Below, one piece after another: positions 9,962 through 19,914 of a DNA stretch of 64,000 nt. Numbering within the stretch: position 1 is the first letter of the stretch; each line of letters starts with the position of its first letter. The notes beneath the pieces were generated by a model. That model saw nothing but the letters and a program-made list of their open reading frames with translations. It had not been told where the DNA came from and did not search any database. The position numbers were made by a program, and so were the translations under genes. Source of the DNA: Lachnospiraceae bacterium (GTDB taxonomy: Bacteria; Bacillota; Clostridia; Lachnospirales; Anaerotignaceae); contig JAYFRL010000020.1 of the NCBI GenBank assembly GCA_034925905.1, positions 9,880 to 73,879 of the forward strand, given 5' to 3'.

Positions 9962-10540
9962 ATGAATTTGATATTATTGGTTTTAGCAGGCGTATTTGTT
10001 AACAACTATATATTTTCACAGTTCTTAGGCATCTGCCCTTTCCTTGGCGTTTCCAAAAAGCTTGACACGGCAGCCGGAATGGGTATTGCGGTTATATTTG
10101 TTATTACGCTTGCAAGTGCCGCAACATATTTTGTTTACAACTTTATTCTTGTTCCTTTTGGAATAGAATATCTCTATACAATAGCTTTCATATTGGTTAT
10201 TGCAGCCTTAGTTCAGTTTGTTGAAATGTTTATAAAGAAAAGCTCGCCTTCCCTTTATCAGGCGCTGGGGGTTTATCTTCCGCTTATAACAACAAACTGC
10301 GCCGTTTTGGGAGTTGCGGTTACCAATATGCAAAAAGAATACACTTTCATAGAATCTATATTAAACGGTATCGGCGGAGCTGCAGGCTTTGCGCTTGCAA
10401 TAATACTTTTCGCAGGTATCAGAGAAAGAATTGAATTTAACAATATTCCGAAAGCATTTGACGGCTTCCCGCTTGCTCTTTTAGGCGCAGGTCTTATGTC
10501 AATAGCATTTTTGGGATTCCAGGGTTTAATAACACTTTAA
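9962..10540 (+). CDS. rnfA: Rnf complex subunit A
   Basis: NqrE/RnfA-type membrane protein (NNYIFSQFLGICPFLGVS). Confidence 0.93.
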   Translation: MNLILLVLAGVFVNNYIFSQFLGICPFLGVSKKLDTAAGMGIAVIFVITLASAATYFVYNFILVPFGIEYLYTIAFILVIAALVQFVEMFIKKSSPSLYQALGVYLPLITTNCAVLGVAVTNMQKEYTFIESILNGIGGAAGFALAIILFAGIRERIEFNNIPKAFDGFPLALLGAGLMSIAFLGFQGLITL

Positions 10541-10558
10541 ACAAGGAGGAACTAAAAA

Positions 10559-11401
10559 ATGGACATTATGAACGTAGTATATGCTGTAGCCAGCATTGGA
10601 GGCTTAGGTGTCATTTTTGGTGCAGGCCTTGGTTATGCTTCAAAAATGTTTGCTATTGAAGAAGACCCAAGAATATCTCTTGTTCAGGCAGCGCTTCCTG
10701 GTGCAAACTGCGGAGGCTGCGGCTTCCCCGGATGTTCTGGCTGTGCCACTGCCATTGTAAACGGCACAGCGAAGGTTAATGCATGTCCTGTCGGCGGAAC
10801 TAAGGTTGCCGATAAAATTGCCGAAATAATGGGTGTTACTGCTGAAGAAACAACTCCTAAAGCGGCTTTTGTAAAATGCAAAGGCACTTGCAGTGCCAGT
10901 AAAAATAAATATGATTATTTTGGCCTGGACGACTGCGTTATGGCTTCCCATCTTGCGGGGGGTGGCGCAAAAAGCTGCTCATATGGCTGTCTTGGGCTCG
11001 GTTCATGCGTTAAGGCCTGCCCTTTTAACGCAATATCAATTGTAGACGGGATTGCCGTTGTAGACCAGGAAACATGCGTCGCCTGCGGAAATTGTGTTTC
11101 TGCCTGCCCAAAACATTTAATAGAATTGCTTCCAATAAATAAAAAGGTTAAGGTTCAATGTAATTCAAAAGACACGGGAAAGGTTGTTGTATCAAATTGC
11201 TCAAACGGATGCATCGCCTGCAAAATATGCGAAAAATCATGCAATTTTGATGCCATAAAGGTTATTGACAACCTTGCGGTTATAGATTATGACAAATGCA
11301 AAAACTGTGGGGTTTGTGCAAATAAATGCCCGAAACACGTTATTACAGGTGCAAAACCAGCTCCTGTAGAAACTGTTGCAACGGCTGCGGCTTCAGAATA
11401 A
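10559..11401 (+). CDS. rnfB: Rnf complex subunit B (poly-ferredoxin)
   Basis: N-terminal TM helix, a CGGCGFPGC cluster motif, then several CxxCxxCxxxCP 4Fe-4S motifs. Confidence 0.93.
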   Translation: MDIMNVVYAVASIGGLGVIFGAGLGYASKMFAIEEDPRISLVQAALPGANCGGCGFPGCSGCATAIVNGTAKVNACPVGGTKVADKIAEIMGVTAEETTPKAAFVKCKGTCSASKNKYDYFGLDDCVMASHLAGGGAKSCSYGCLGLGSCVKACPFNAISIVDGIAVVDQETCVACGNCVSACPKHLIELLPINKKVKVQCNSKDTGKVVVSNCSNGCIACKICEKSCNFDAIKVIDNLAVIDYDKCKNCGVCANKCPKHVITGAKPAPVETVATAAASE

Positions 11402-11417
11402 CCCGAATAAGCTTTTT

Positions 11418-11450
11418 GAGCGAGGAGGTTTCCCTCCTCGCTCTTTTTTT
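11418..11450 (+). terminator. Intrinsic terminator of the rnf operon
   Basis: GAGCGAGGAGG-tttc-CCTCCTCGCTC followed by T7. Confidence 0.85.
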
Positions 11451-11471
11451 ATGTATAATTTTTTCTCTTGC

Positions 11472-11500
11472 TTGAACAAATGCTGTTTTACTGATACAAT
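11472..11500 (+). promoter_or_regulatory. Sigma-A promoter for the DUF4321-maf-mre cluster
   Basis: TTGAAC, a 17-nt spacer, then TACAAT, about 35 nt upstream of the DUF4321 ORF. Confidence 0.55.
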
Positions 11501-11535
11501 TAAATTAATAAACAACTTTATCAGGGAGGATTATC

Positions 11536-11793
11536 ATGAGAAGAAGCGATAGAAGTATTTGGTCTTTTGTTCTAATTATGCTTGCAGGAGTTGTTGTTGG
11601 AGGCTTTATAGGAGAGCTCCTCGGCGGCTTTTCATTTTTAAGCTGGCTTAGATATGGCCAAACTTTTGGCTTAACCTCACCCCTAACCCTGGACATGGGA
11701 ATTCTTTGCTTTCAGTTTGCGCTTTCGATAAAATTTTCGATTGCAGGAATAATAGGAATTATAATTGCAGTTTTAATTTATAAAAATATTTAA
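11536..11793 (+). CDS. DUF4321-like small membrane protein
   Basis: 85 aa with two hydrophobic helices. Its position upstream of maf/mreB is typical of Clostridia. Confidence 0.65.
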   Translation: MRRSDRSIWSFVLIMLAGVVVGGFIGELLGGFSFLSWLRYGQTFGLTSPLTLDMGILCFQFALSIKFSIAGIIGIIIAVLIYKNI

Positions 11794-11804
11794 GGAGTAT
11801 TGGA

Positions 11805-12398
11805 ATGGATTTCATTTTAGCTTCAAAATCCCCAAGGCGGCGCGAGCTTTTAGAAAATATCGGGCTGCCTTTTATTGCAATTGAAACAAATGCCGAAGAT
11901 GAAACCACCGTATATCCCTCTCCCGAGGATATGGTTTTAGAGCTTTCGTTAAAGAAGGCTAAGGCTTGTTTAATGAAAGCTCCAGAGGAATCAATAATAA
12001 TCGGGGCGGACACTATAGTTGTTATAGGCGGAAAAATTTTAGGTAAACCAAAGGATTATAACGAAGGCTTTTTTATGCTTAAAAGCCTCTCCGGGAAAAC
12101 ACATACGGTTTATACAGGCATGACACTTATATACAAACATAAAAATGGAGAAAAAACGTATTCTTCCATATCCACGGCAGAGGTAACAATAAAAGCTTTA
12201 AATGACAGAGAAATAAAAGCCTACCTTGATACGGGAGAATATGAAGACAAGGCCGGCTCCTACGGTATACAAGGCAAAGGTGCTGTGTTTATTGATAAAA
12301 TATGCGGCGATTATTTTGCCGTTGTAGGCTTTTCGCTTTCTTCTTTTTTTGATGCTTTTAAAGCCCTGGGATTTAACATTTCCGATTTCTGGAAATAA
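11805..12398 (+). CDS. maf: Maf-like nucleoside triphosphate pyrophosphatase
   Basis: ILASKSPRRRELL, GADTIV and YGIQG motifs. Confidence 0.92.
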   Translation: MDFILASKSPRRRELLENIGLPFIAIETNAEDETTVYPSPEDMVLELSLKKAKACLMKAPEESIIIGADTIVVIGGKILGKPKDYNEGFFMLKSLSGKTHTVYTGMTLIYKHKNGEKTYSSISTAEVTIKALNDREIKAYLDTGEYEDKAGSYGIQGKGAVFIDKICGDYFAVVGFSLSSFFDAFKALGFNISDFWK

Positions 12399-12609
12399 AG
12401 AAAAGAACACCCTGTTTTTCTTGCAGTTACAGGTATGTTTGCATACTTTCAAAATTGGTTAAAATTATCTTGTATGTTGAAAATTATATTAAAAAGATGT
12501 ATTATTTATATATGTTTATTTTGGGGTTTTTTAAAAACTTTTGAAAAAAATTATTGCAGTTTTAATGCTGCTTTTAATTTCTTTATATCAGAGAGGAGCA
12601 AGTTTTTTA

Positions 12610-13641
12610 ATGTTTTCTAAAGACATGGGTATAGACCTAGGCACTGCAAATACACTCGTATACGTCAAGGGTAAAGGTATCATAGTTAACGAGCCTTCCG
12701 TTGTTGCTATAAACACAAATACAAAAGAGGTTATCGCAGTTGGTAACGAAGCCAAGGAAATGGTTGGACGCACCCCTGGGACAATAGTTGCAATACGTCC
12801 CATGAAAGATGGTGTTATTGCAGATTTCAACATAACTCAGGCAATGCTTAAGTATTTCATAGAAAAAGCATACCCCCGTTCATTCTTCGGTCCACGTCCA
12901 AGAGTTGTTGTCTGTGTGCCTTCAGGCGTTACGGAAGTTGAAAAAAGAGCCGTTATAGAAGCAACAATAGCCTCCGGTGCAAAAGATAAAAACGCATACC
13001 TCATAGAGGAACCTATGGCAGCTGCCATAGGCGCAGGGCTTCCGGTTGAAAATCCGTCCGGCAGCATGGTTGTTGATATCGGCGGAGGAACAAGCGAAGT
13101 TGCGGTAATATCTCTCGGCGGAATAGTTACAAGCAACTCTCTCCGAGTTGCGGGGGATGAGCTTGATAACCATATAGTAAACTATATCAAAAAAGAGTTT
13201 AACCTTGCCATAGGTGACAGAACAGCCGAAGAAATAAAAATAACAATAGGCTCAGCCTATCTTCTTGAAGTTGAAGAAGAGCTTGAAATAAGAGGCAGAG
13301 ACCTCATTTCAGGTCTTCCTAAAACAGTGCTCATAACAAGCGAACAGATAAGGTTTGCTTTAAGCGAGCCTGTAAACAGTATAATTGAAACAATAAAGCA
13401 AACTCTTGAGGCAACTCCGCCAGAGCTTGCTTCAGACATAATGGAATCTGGAATTACGCTTACAGGCGGAGGCGCTCTTTTAACCGGTCTTGATACCCTC
13501 ATCTCTAAAGAAACGGGCATCGCCGTTCACGTTGCAAACGAGCCTTTAAACTGCGTTGTTATGGGAACCGGTCTTGTTTTAGAGCATATAGACACATTAA
13601 AATCTGTCCTTCTTTCTCCAAAAAAATCAAGAATATATTAA
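12610..13641 (+). CDS. mreB: Rod-shape determining actin homologue MreB
   Basis: [18 protein letters not shown] and [11 protein letters not shown] motifs. Start set at the ATG after the GAGAGGAG RBS; the track ORF starts at 12541. Confidence 0.96.
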   Translation: MFSKDMGIDLGTANTLVYVKGKGIIVNEPSVVAINTNTKEVIAVGNEAKEMVGRTPGTIVAIRPMKDGVIADFNITQAMLKYFIEKAYPRSFFGPRPRVVVCVPSGVTEVEKRAVIEATIASGAKDKNAYLIEEPMAAAIGAGLPVENPSGSMVVDIGGGTSEVAVISLGGIVTSNSLRVAGDELDNHIVNYIKKEFNLAIGDRTAEEIKITIGSAYLLEVEEELEIRGRDLISGLPKTVLITSEQIRFALSEPVNSIIETIKQTLEATPPELASDIMESGITLTGGGALLTGLDTLISKETGIAVHVANEPLNCVVMGTGLVLEHIDTLKSVLLSPKKSRIY

Positions 13642-13659
13642 AATTTAGGGGAAATAAAA

Positions 13660-14529
13660 TTGAACTTTTTTATGCATTACAGGAAACACATATTAATATT
13701 GGTTTCAATAGTGCTGTTGGTGACAGCATTTTTTACCTATGAGAAAAAATCAAGCTTTACTTTCGTCGACAATGCTCTCACATTTATAGTTACTCCGGTG
13801 CAAGACGGGATTTCTAAAATTTCAAGTTTTTTTACAAACAAAATAAACGAAAGAAAGCTTAATAAAGAAAATGAGCTTGAAACTGAAGACCTTGTTTTAA
13901 AAGTTAAAGAGCTTGAATCGGAAAATGAAGCTCTTTCAAAAAAGATTTCTCTTTTAAGTGAAGAAAACGATGAGCTTTCTTCACTTCTTAATATTGCAAA
14001 AAAATATCCTGATTTTGAAACAATCGGGGTAAGAATTACCGCAAAAGACCCGGGGAATTGGTATGATTCCTTTCTTATAAACAGAGGCAGCAACGACGGC
14101 ATATATTCAAATATGCCTATTATAGATTCCTCCGGTCTTGTTGGAATGATTACCGAGGCAGGGAAAACACATTCAAAAGCGCAGTCTATTTTAGACAGTC
14201 ATAACTCTGTTTCCGCCGTTTGCCTGCGTACAAATGATACAGGCATAATTTCGGGAGACTATACTCTTTTTGAAAAAGGTCTTTGCCGAATGAGCTACAT
14301 AAGCCCTACTTCCTCCATAGTTCCGGGCGATGAAATTTTCACCTCTTATTTAAGCGATATATACCCTGCCGGAATAAGCATAGGAATTGTTACCGAAATA
14401 GGACTTGAAGAAAGCGGTCTTTCAAAAACAGCCGTAATTTCTCCGACTGCAAACCTTAAACAGATGGATTCTCTTCTTGTGATTACAAATTATAAAAAAC
14501 AAACGTCCGAAACTAGCACGGAGGATTAA
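13660..14529 (+). CDS. mreC: Rod-shape determining protein MreC
   Basis: N-terminal TM helix, a coiled-coil (ELESENEALSKKISLLSEENDEL), then a beta-barrel domain. It lies between mreB and mreD. Confidence 0.88.
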   Translation: MNFFMHYRKHILILVSIVLLVTAFFTYEKKSSFTFVDNALTFIVTPVQDGISKISSFFTNKINERKLNKENELETEDLVLKVKELESENEALSKKISLLSEENDELSSLLNIAKKYPDFETIGVRITAKDPGNWYDSFLINRGSNDGIYSNMPIIDSSGLVGMITEAGKTHSKAQSILDSHNSVSAVCLRTNDTGIISGDYTLFEKGLCRMSYISPTSSIVPGDEIFTSYLSDIYPAGISIGIVTEIGLEESGLSKTAVISPTANLKQMDSLLVITNYKKQTSETSTED

Positions 14530-14531
14530 TT

Positions 14532-15044
14532 ATGAGGATAATTTTCACCGCTGTTTTGCTTGTTGTTAATATTGCGCTGCAATCAACCTTGTTTCAGCTA
14601 ATTGCAATAAGGGGCGTTGTGCCAAACACAGCCATAATAATAATCGTTTCAGTCGCCCTTTTACGAGGCAGGTTTGAAGGTCTTTTAACCGGTTTTTTTG
14701 CAGGCTTACTTCAGGATATATTTTTTGGGAACGCACTTTTTTTCTATGCGCTTTTAGGAATGCTCACAGGTTATTTCTGCGGCGGAATAAACAAAAGTTT
14801 TTATAGGGAAAATTTTATACTCCCTTTGGTTCTTTGTGCGGCGGCAACTTTTTTATATAACATGGCAATATATCTTACAAGCCTCATAATGATGGGAAAT
14901 ATAAACCTTTTATACTGTTTTTTGAATAAAATTTTACCTGAAACGGTTTATACTTCCGTTTTGTCTATATTAGGCTACCGGTTACTTTTTGAGCTCAACG
15001 AGATGATAGAATATAAAGAGCGCTTTAGGCGCAAATTGTTTTGA
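14532..15044 (+). CDS. mreD: Rod-shape determining protein MreD
   Basis: 170-aa polytopic membrane protein directly after mreC. Confidence 0.8.
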   Translation: MRIIFTAVLLVVNIALQSTLFQLIAIRGVVPNTAIIIIVSVALLRGRFEGLLTGFFAGLLQDIFFGNALFFYALLGMLTGYFCGGINKSFYRENFILPLVLCAAATFLYNMAIYLTSLIMMGNINLLYCFLNKILPETVYTSVLSILGYRLLFELNEMIEYKERFRRKLF

Positions 15045-15065
15045 TTCCATGGAAGCGGAGGAAAT

Positions 15066-17900
15066 ATGGAAACATACCTTGAACGTATTTTGGAATTTAT
15101 AAAAAGCCGTTTGTTTGTGCTGTTAGTGACTGCGGTCTTTCTTTTTATAGTTCTTGTGGTAAGGCTTTACAACCTTCAGATCCTTGAAGGCGCACTTCAT
15201 AACCAGGAGCTTACGGCAAGCATATCCAGAACTCTTTCATTGCCTGCCTCAAGAGGAAACATATATGATGCATACGGGCGTCCGCTTGCCGTTAACGAAC
15301 CGACATTCTCAGTTAAAATAGACAGCAGTATAAAAATCGACTTGAAAAATAAAAATTCCATGCTTTATAACATAGTTAGCAGGCTTTCCCAAAATGGTGA
15401 GCTTTCAAAAGATTCTCTGCCTATTTCAAGCGCACCTTATGAATTTACATTCACAGGAGAAACCGCCCAAGCGGATGAAAAAAAATTCAAAACAAAAATA
15501 GGTCTTAGCAAAAAAGAGCTTAAAATGACTGCTCCTGAAGTTATGGCCTACCTGGAAGAAAAATTTGAAATCCCGGAGGGTACTCCCGAAAATATAAAAA
15601 GAAATATTATTTACTTAGGTCTTTATCAAGACAACCAAAACATAATGCTCTTATCCCTTATAAACTTGCTTAATGAAAACAAGGAAACAATAACGGACGA
15701 GCTTCCTTTGACAACAAGCTCTCCCCTTGCCTTTTCCTTCGGAGAAAACACAAACCGTGAGGCTTCGTGGAAAAAAGAAATAGGTATAAATGAAGAAAAA
15801 GAAGGATATACGTCCGCTTTAGAAAGCTATAAATTTCTTATAGATAAATTTAATATACCGGATAACCTTTCATATGACATCCAAAGAAGCCTCGCTTCTT
15901 TAGATTATTTGATTTATACCGGGAGATTCAAAAAATATCAGCCCCTTACGGTTTCCCTTAACATATCAGATGAAACCGTTGCTTCTCTGGAAGAAAAACA
16001 AAGCGATTATCCCGGCGTTATAATAGACACTGACTCTTTAAGAAAATATCCTGAGGGTGAATATTTTTCTCATATTGTAGGGTATATAAGAAAAATATCA
16101 GATACTGAATATGAAGAACTTAAAGACTATAAGGATGAAAACGGAAACCAGTTATACAGCATATCTGATATTGTTGGTAAAAGTGGAATAGAAAAGGTTG
16201 CGGAGCTTGAGCTTAACGGCGTAGACGGTGAAATGCAGGTTGAAGTTGATTCTTTGGGGACAAGAATAAGCTATACCCAAACTAAGGAAAGCATAAGCGG
16301 AAGCGATATTTATCTAACGCTAGACAGGGATCTTCAGGAATTTTGTTTTAATACACTTGAGAAAACGCTTAAAGACATTATAATTTATAAAATGACTTCT
16401 GCAAAAGAAGAAGAATATCCCATATCTATTTCGGAGTTCTTTTCTTCAATGGTAAACAATGGCGGGATATCCTCTTCAAAAATATATAATTCAAAAGGCG
16501 GAGTCCAGCTTGAAATAAAAGAATATATGGATGGAAAAATAAACTTCTCCGCTGATAGCGAAAACTTTAAATCTCTTTACAAAGCAGCTTTAATGAATGA
16601 GATTGAAAAAGGAAATATAGCCTACGGCAAACTTATACTTGTTCTTTATGAGCAAGGAAAAATAACCCTTGACGGTTATGATTTGGAATCCATACCTCAT
16701 TTTTCAGAAAAAGCCTGCTCAAATTTAATGATAGAAAAGCTTGAATCCGGTGAAATACGTCCTATGGATACAGGGCTTGACCCATGCACAGGTTCTGTTG
16801 TAGTATCAGATATAAATACCGGCGATATTCTTTCAATGGTAACTTATCCTTCATATGATACAAATGAATTTGTAAATAATTTTAATACTGAATACTACAA
16901 TTCAATCCAGGAGCAAACGGTTACTACACCTTTTATAAACAGGCCTATTTATGAAAAAAAAGCCCCCGGTTCAACATTAAAAATGGTTACGGCCGTGGCC
17001 GCACTTGAAACAGGTGTAATAACCCCGTCCACAAGAATACTTGATAAAGGGACGTTTATGGAGGCGGGAACACCTTATCCGAAATGCTGGATAGGCAACG
17101 GCTATGGTTCTCACGGCAATATAAACGTGAGCGAAGCAATTGAAGTTTCATGCAACTATTTCTTTTATGAGGCTGCCTATAGAATGAACCACGGGAAAGC
17201 AAACAGCTTTGAAGCTATATCCACATTAAACGATTATATGGCCGCCTTTGGATTGAATTCCCTTTCGGGAATAGAGCTGACCGAAGAAAGAAAACCCGAT
17301 ATGGCAACTCCTTCATACAAAGAATCTTCCATAAAGGCAATAAACCCAAATGCAACTGAAACCCAAACAAGATGGACAGACGGGGACACTGTAAGGGCGG
17401 CAATAGGCCAATCCGTTAACAACTACGCTCCAATACACATGAACAGATATGTAGCCACTCTTGCAAACGGTGGCACATTATATAAAATGCACGTGATAAA
17501 CGCAATTAAGGATTCGCTGACAGGTAATCTCAGCTATACAAAAACCGAAAAAGAAAACATACTGGAAATTTCCCAATCAACGCTTGACGCAGTTTATTCC
17601 GGTATGTATAAAGTTACAACCGGTGAATCAGGGACCTTAAGGAACATATTTGCAGACTTCCCGGTTCATGTCGCCGCTAAATCCGGGACTGCGCAGGAAA
17701 ACCTTGAAAGAAGCAGCCACACATGGTTTGTTGGTTTTGCTCCATATGAAAATCCGCAGATTTCTGTAACTGTTATGATACCTTTTGCAGAAGTAAGCGG
17801 TTCTCCGGCAGCTAAAATAGCAAAAGAAATAATAGCGGAATACATGGGTCTTAACTATAAACCTGAAAACACTTATCTTAAGACAACGCTTACAAAATAA
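15066..17900 (+). CDS. mrdA: Penicillin-binding protein 2 (class B transpeptidase), unusually long
   Basis: N-terminal TM helix, SxxK (GSTLK), SxN (SCN) and KSG (KSGTA) motifs. At 944 aa it carries extra insertions (see findings). Confidence 0.92.
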   Translation: METYLERILEFIKSRLFVLLVTAVFLFIVLVVRLYNLQILEGALHNQELTASISRTLSLPASRGNIYDAYGRPLAVNEPTFSVKIDSSIKIDLKNKNSMLYNIVSRLSQNGELSKDSLPISSAPYEFTFTGETAQADEKKFKTKIGLSKKELKMTAPEVMAYLEEKFEIPEGTPENIKRNIIYLGLYQDNQNIMLLSLINLLNENKETITDELPLTTSSPLAFSFGENTNREASWKKEIGINEEKEGYTSALESYKFLIDKFNIPDNLSYDIQRSLASLDYLIYTGRFKKYQPLTVSLNISDETVASLEEKQSDYPGVIIDTDSLRKYPEGEYFSHIVGYIRKISDTEYEELKDYKDENGNQLYSISDIVGKSGIEKVAELELNGVDGEMQVEVDSLGTRISYTQTKESISGSDIYLTLDRDLQEFCFNTLEKTLKDIIIYKMTSAKEEEYPISISEFFSSMVNNGGISSSKIYNSKGGVQLEIKEYMDGKINFSADSENFKSLYKAALMNEIEKGNIAYGKLILVLYEQGKITLDGYDLESIPHFSEKACSNLMIEKLESGEIRPMDTGLDPCTGSVVVSDINTGDILSMVTYPSYDTNEFVNNFNTEYYNSIQEQTVTTPFINRPIYEKKAPGSTLKMVTAVAALETGVITPSTRILDKGTFMEAGTPYPKCWIGNGYGSHGNINVSEAIEVSCNYFFYEAAYRMNHGKANSFEAISTLNDYMAAFGLNSLSGIELTEERKPDMATPSYKESSIKAINPNATETQTRWTDGDTVRAAIGQSVNNYAPIHMNRYVATLANGGTLYKMHVINAIKDSLTGNLSYTKTEKENILEISQSTLDAVYSGMYKVTTGESGTLRNIFADFPVHVAAKSGTAQENLERSSHTWFVGFAPYENPQISVTVMIPFAEVSGSPAAKIAKEIIAEYMGLNYKPENTYLKTTLTK

Positions 17901-17922
17901 CCTTTAGGACAGGAGGATATTT

Positions 17923-18555
17923 ATGAATGCTGAAAATTCTGTAATCTTTAAAGGAACAAAGGATGGTATAACGCTCCATTTAGATCCTGATACGGATTTT
18001 GAAGTTTTAAAAGACGCTTTAAAAAACAAGCTGGTTGATTCTTCGAAATTCTTTGACAGCGTTAAAACTTCAATAATACTTAGGGGGAAAATCCTTACGG
18101 AAGAACAGGAGATAGAAATACTTAAAATAATCTCTGACTCTACAAATATGGATATTTCTTTCGTTCACTCAAACCCAGAGCTTGAAATAACTCTGGCTAC
18201 CCTTATATCTGATGAAATGAAATCCTGCAGCATAACAAAATTCCACAAAGGAAACATGCGTTCAGGTCAATCCATAGATTTTAAAGGAAGTGTAGTTGTT
18301 CTTGGGGATGTTAACCCCGGAGCCATAGTTTGCGCCGAAGCCAACATAATAATATTGGGCGCTCTTAAGGGCATTGCGCATGCGGGAAGCAAAGGCAAAA
18401 CAGATTGCTTTGTAGCCGCTTTGCAGATGATGCCTGTTCAGCTTCGTATAGCAGACATAATAACCAGATTCCCGGACGATGAAAAAAAAGCGAAAATTTC
18501 TCCTGAATATGCTTATATAGACAACGGACAGATTTTTGTGTCACCTTTGGGTTGA
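17923..18555 (+). CDS. minC: Septum site-determining protein MinC
   Basis: C-terminal beta-helix region (VVVLGDVNPGAIVCAEANIIILGALKG) and its context with minDE. Confidence 0.88.
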   Translation: MNAENSVIFKGTKDGITLHLDPDTDFEVLKDALKNKLVDSSKFFDSVKTSIILRGKILTEEQEIEILKIISDSTNMDISFVHSNPELEITLATLISDEMKSCSITKFHKGNMRSGQSIDFKGSVVVLGDVNPGAIVCAEANIIILGALKGIAHAGSKGKTDCFVAALQMMPVQLRIADIITRFPDDEKKAKISPEYAYIDNGQIFVSPLG

Positions 18556-18733
18556 TAAACCTCATTAATTTAATAAATATGCAATTTGATGTTTTTTACT
18601 AAAAAAAAGTAATGCAAAATATAGAAAAATTTGATAAGATACTATTATATTAACTGTAAAATTTGTTTAGAACACTTTTTTAAAACTTCGCATAAATTTA
18701 GATCGTTATACTATCATTAGGAGGACATTGTCA

Positions 18734-19534
18734 ATGGGTGAAGTAATTGTTGTAACCAGTGGTAAAGGCGGAGTAGGAAAAACCACATCTTCCGCAAACC
18801 TCGGATGCGGCCTTGCTATCGCAGGGTATAAGGTAGCGTTGGTTGACGCTGATATCGGTCTTAGGAATCTTGACGTTGTTATGGGTTTGGAGAACAGGAT
18901 TGTTTATGACCTTGTTGATGTTGTTGAAGGGCGCTGCAGAATAAAGCAGGCTCTTATAAAAGACAAAAGGTATAATGGTCTTTTCCTTTTGCCGGCTGCT
19001 CAAACAAGGGATAAAAATGCAGTCTCCCCCGAACAGATGAAAAAACTTTGCGAGGATTTAAAAGAAGAAGGCTTTGATTATGTTATTATAGATTGCCCCG
19101 CCGGAATTGAACAAGGCTTTAAAAACGCCATATCCGGCGCAGACAAGGCCATCGTTGTTACAACGCCGGAAGTTTCGGCTGTTAGAGACGCAGATAGAAT
19201 AATAGGTCTTTTGGAGGCAAATAATCTTAACAATCCCACCCTTCTTATAAACAGGCTCCGTATAGACATGGTTAAACGTGGAGACATGATGTCCATAGAC
19301 GATGTTTCCGAAATCCTTGCTGTCGATATATTGGGTGTTGTTCCTGATGACGAATACATAGTTGTTGCAACAAACAAAGGCGAACCTGCCGTTACGGTTG
19401 CGGAATCAAAAGCCGGAGAAGCTTATAGAAATATAACAAAAAGGATACTGGGAGAAGATGTTCCTCTTATGAATCTTGACACTTCTGAAGGATTTATGAA
19501 TAAACTTAAAAAATTATTCCGCCACGGAAATTAA
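18734..19534 (+). CDS. minD: Septum site-determining ATPase MinD
   Basis: Deviant Walker A SGKGGVGKTT and a C-terminal amphipathic helix (MNKLKKLF). The ATG follows a TAGGAGGA RBS. Confidence 0.96.
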   Translation: MGEVIVVTSGKGGVGKTTSSANLGCGLAIAGYKVALVDADIGLRNLDVVMGLENRIVYDLVDVVEGRCRIKQALIKDKRYNGLFLLPAAQTRDKNAVSPEQMKKLCEDLKEEGFDYVIIDCPAGIEQGFKNAISGADKAIVVTTPEVSAVRDADRIIGLLEANNLNNPTLLINRLRIDMVKRGDMMSIDDVSEILAVDILGVVPDDEYIVVATNKGEPAVTVAESKAGEAYRNITKRILGEDVPLMNLDTSEGFMNKLKKLFRHGN

Positions 19535-19539
19535 AGGAT

Positions 19540-19839
19540 GTGACTAAATTGTTGGATTTTTTTAGCTTCTTTAAGAAAAAAGGTGCATCTTCTTCCGGCA
19601 GCGTTGCAAAGGACAGATTAAAACTTGTTCTTGTTCACGATAGAGTTGATTGTTCTTCGCAAATTTTGGAGATGCTTAAATATGACATCATAAAAGTTAT
19701 TTCAAACTATATGGAAATTGACGAAGAAGAGCTTGATATACAGATAACTCAGACCCAGTCAGACGATACAAACGGCCCGGTTCCTGTTTTATACGCAAAC
19801 ATACCTATCAAAAGTATAAAAAAAGTAAGCCCGGAATAA
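19540..19839 (+). CDS. minE: Cell division topological specificity factor MinE
   Basis: SSGSVAKDRLKLVLVHDR motif; directly follows minD. Confidence 0.9.
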   Translation: MTKLLDFFSFFKKKGASSSGSVAKDRLKLVLVHDRVDCSSQILEMLKYDIIKVISNYMEIDEEELDIQITQTQSDDTNGPVPVLYANIPIKSIKKVSPE

Positions 19840-19914
19840 AATTCCCATGCGTTTTAAAAGGCCTTGCCATAGCTTAACATTGTTGGCAGGCTTTTATTTT
19901 TAAGTGAGGTTGTC

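Noticed and set aside
12541-12609. Signal-peptide-like N-terminal extension of mreB.
   Set aside because: MreB is cytoplasmic. The canonical [12 protein letters not shown] start has its own GAGAGGAG RBS.
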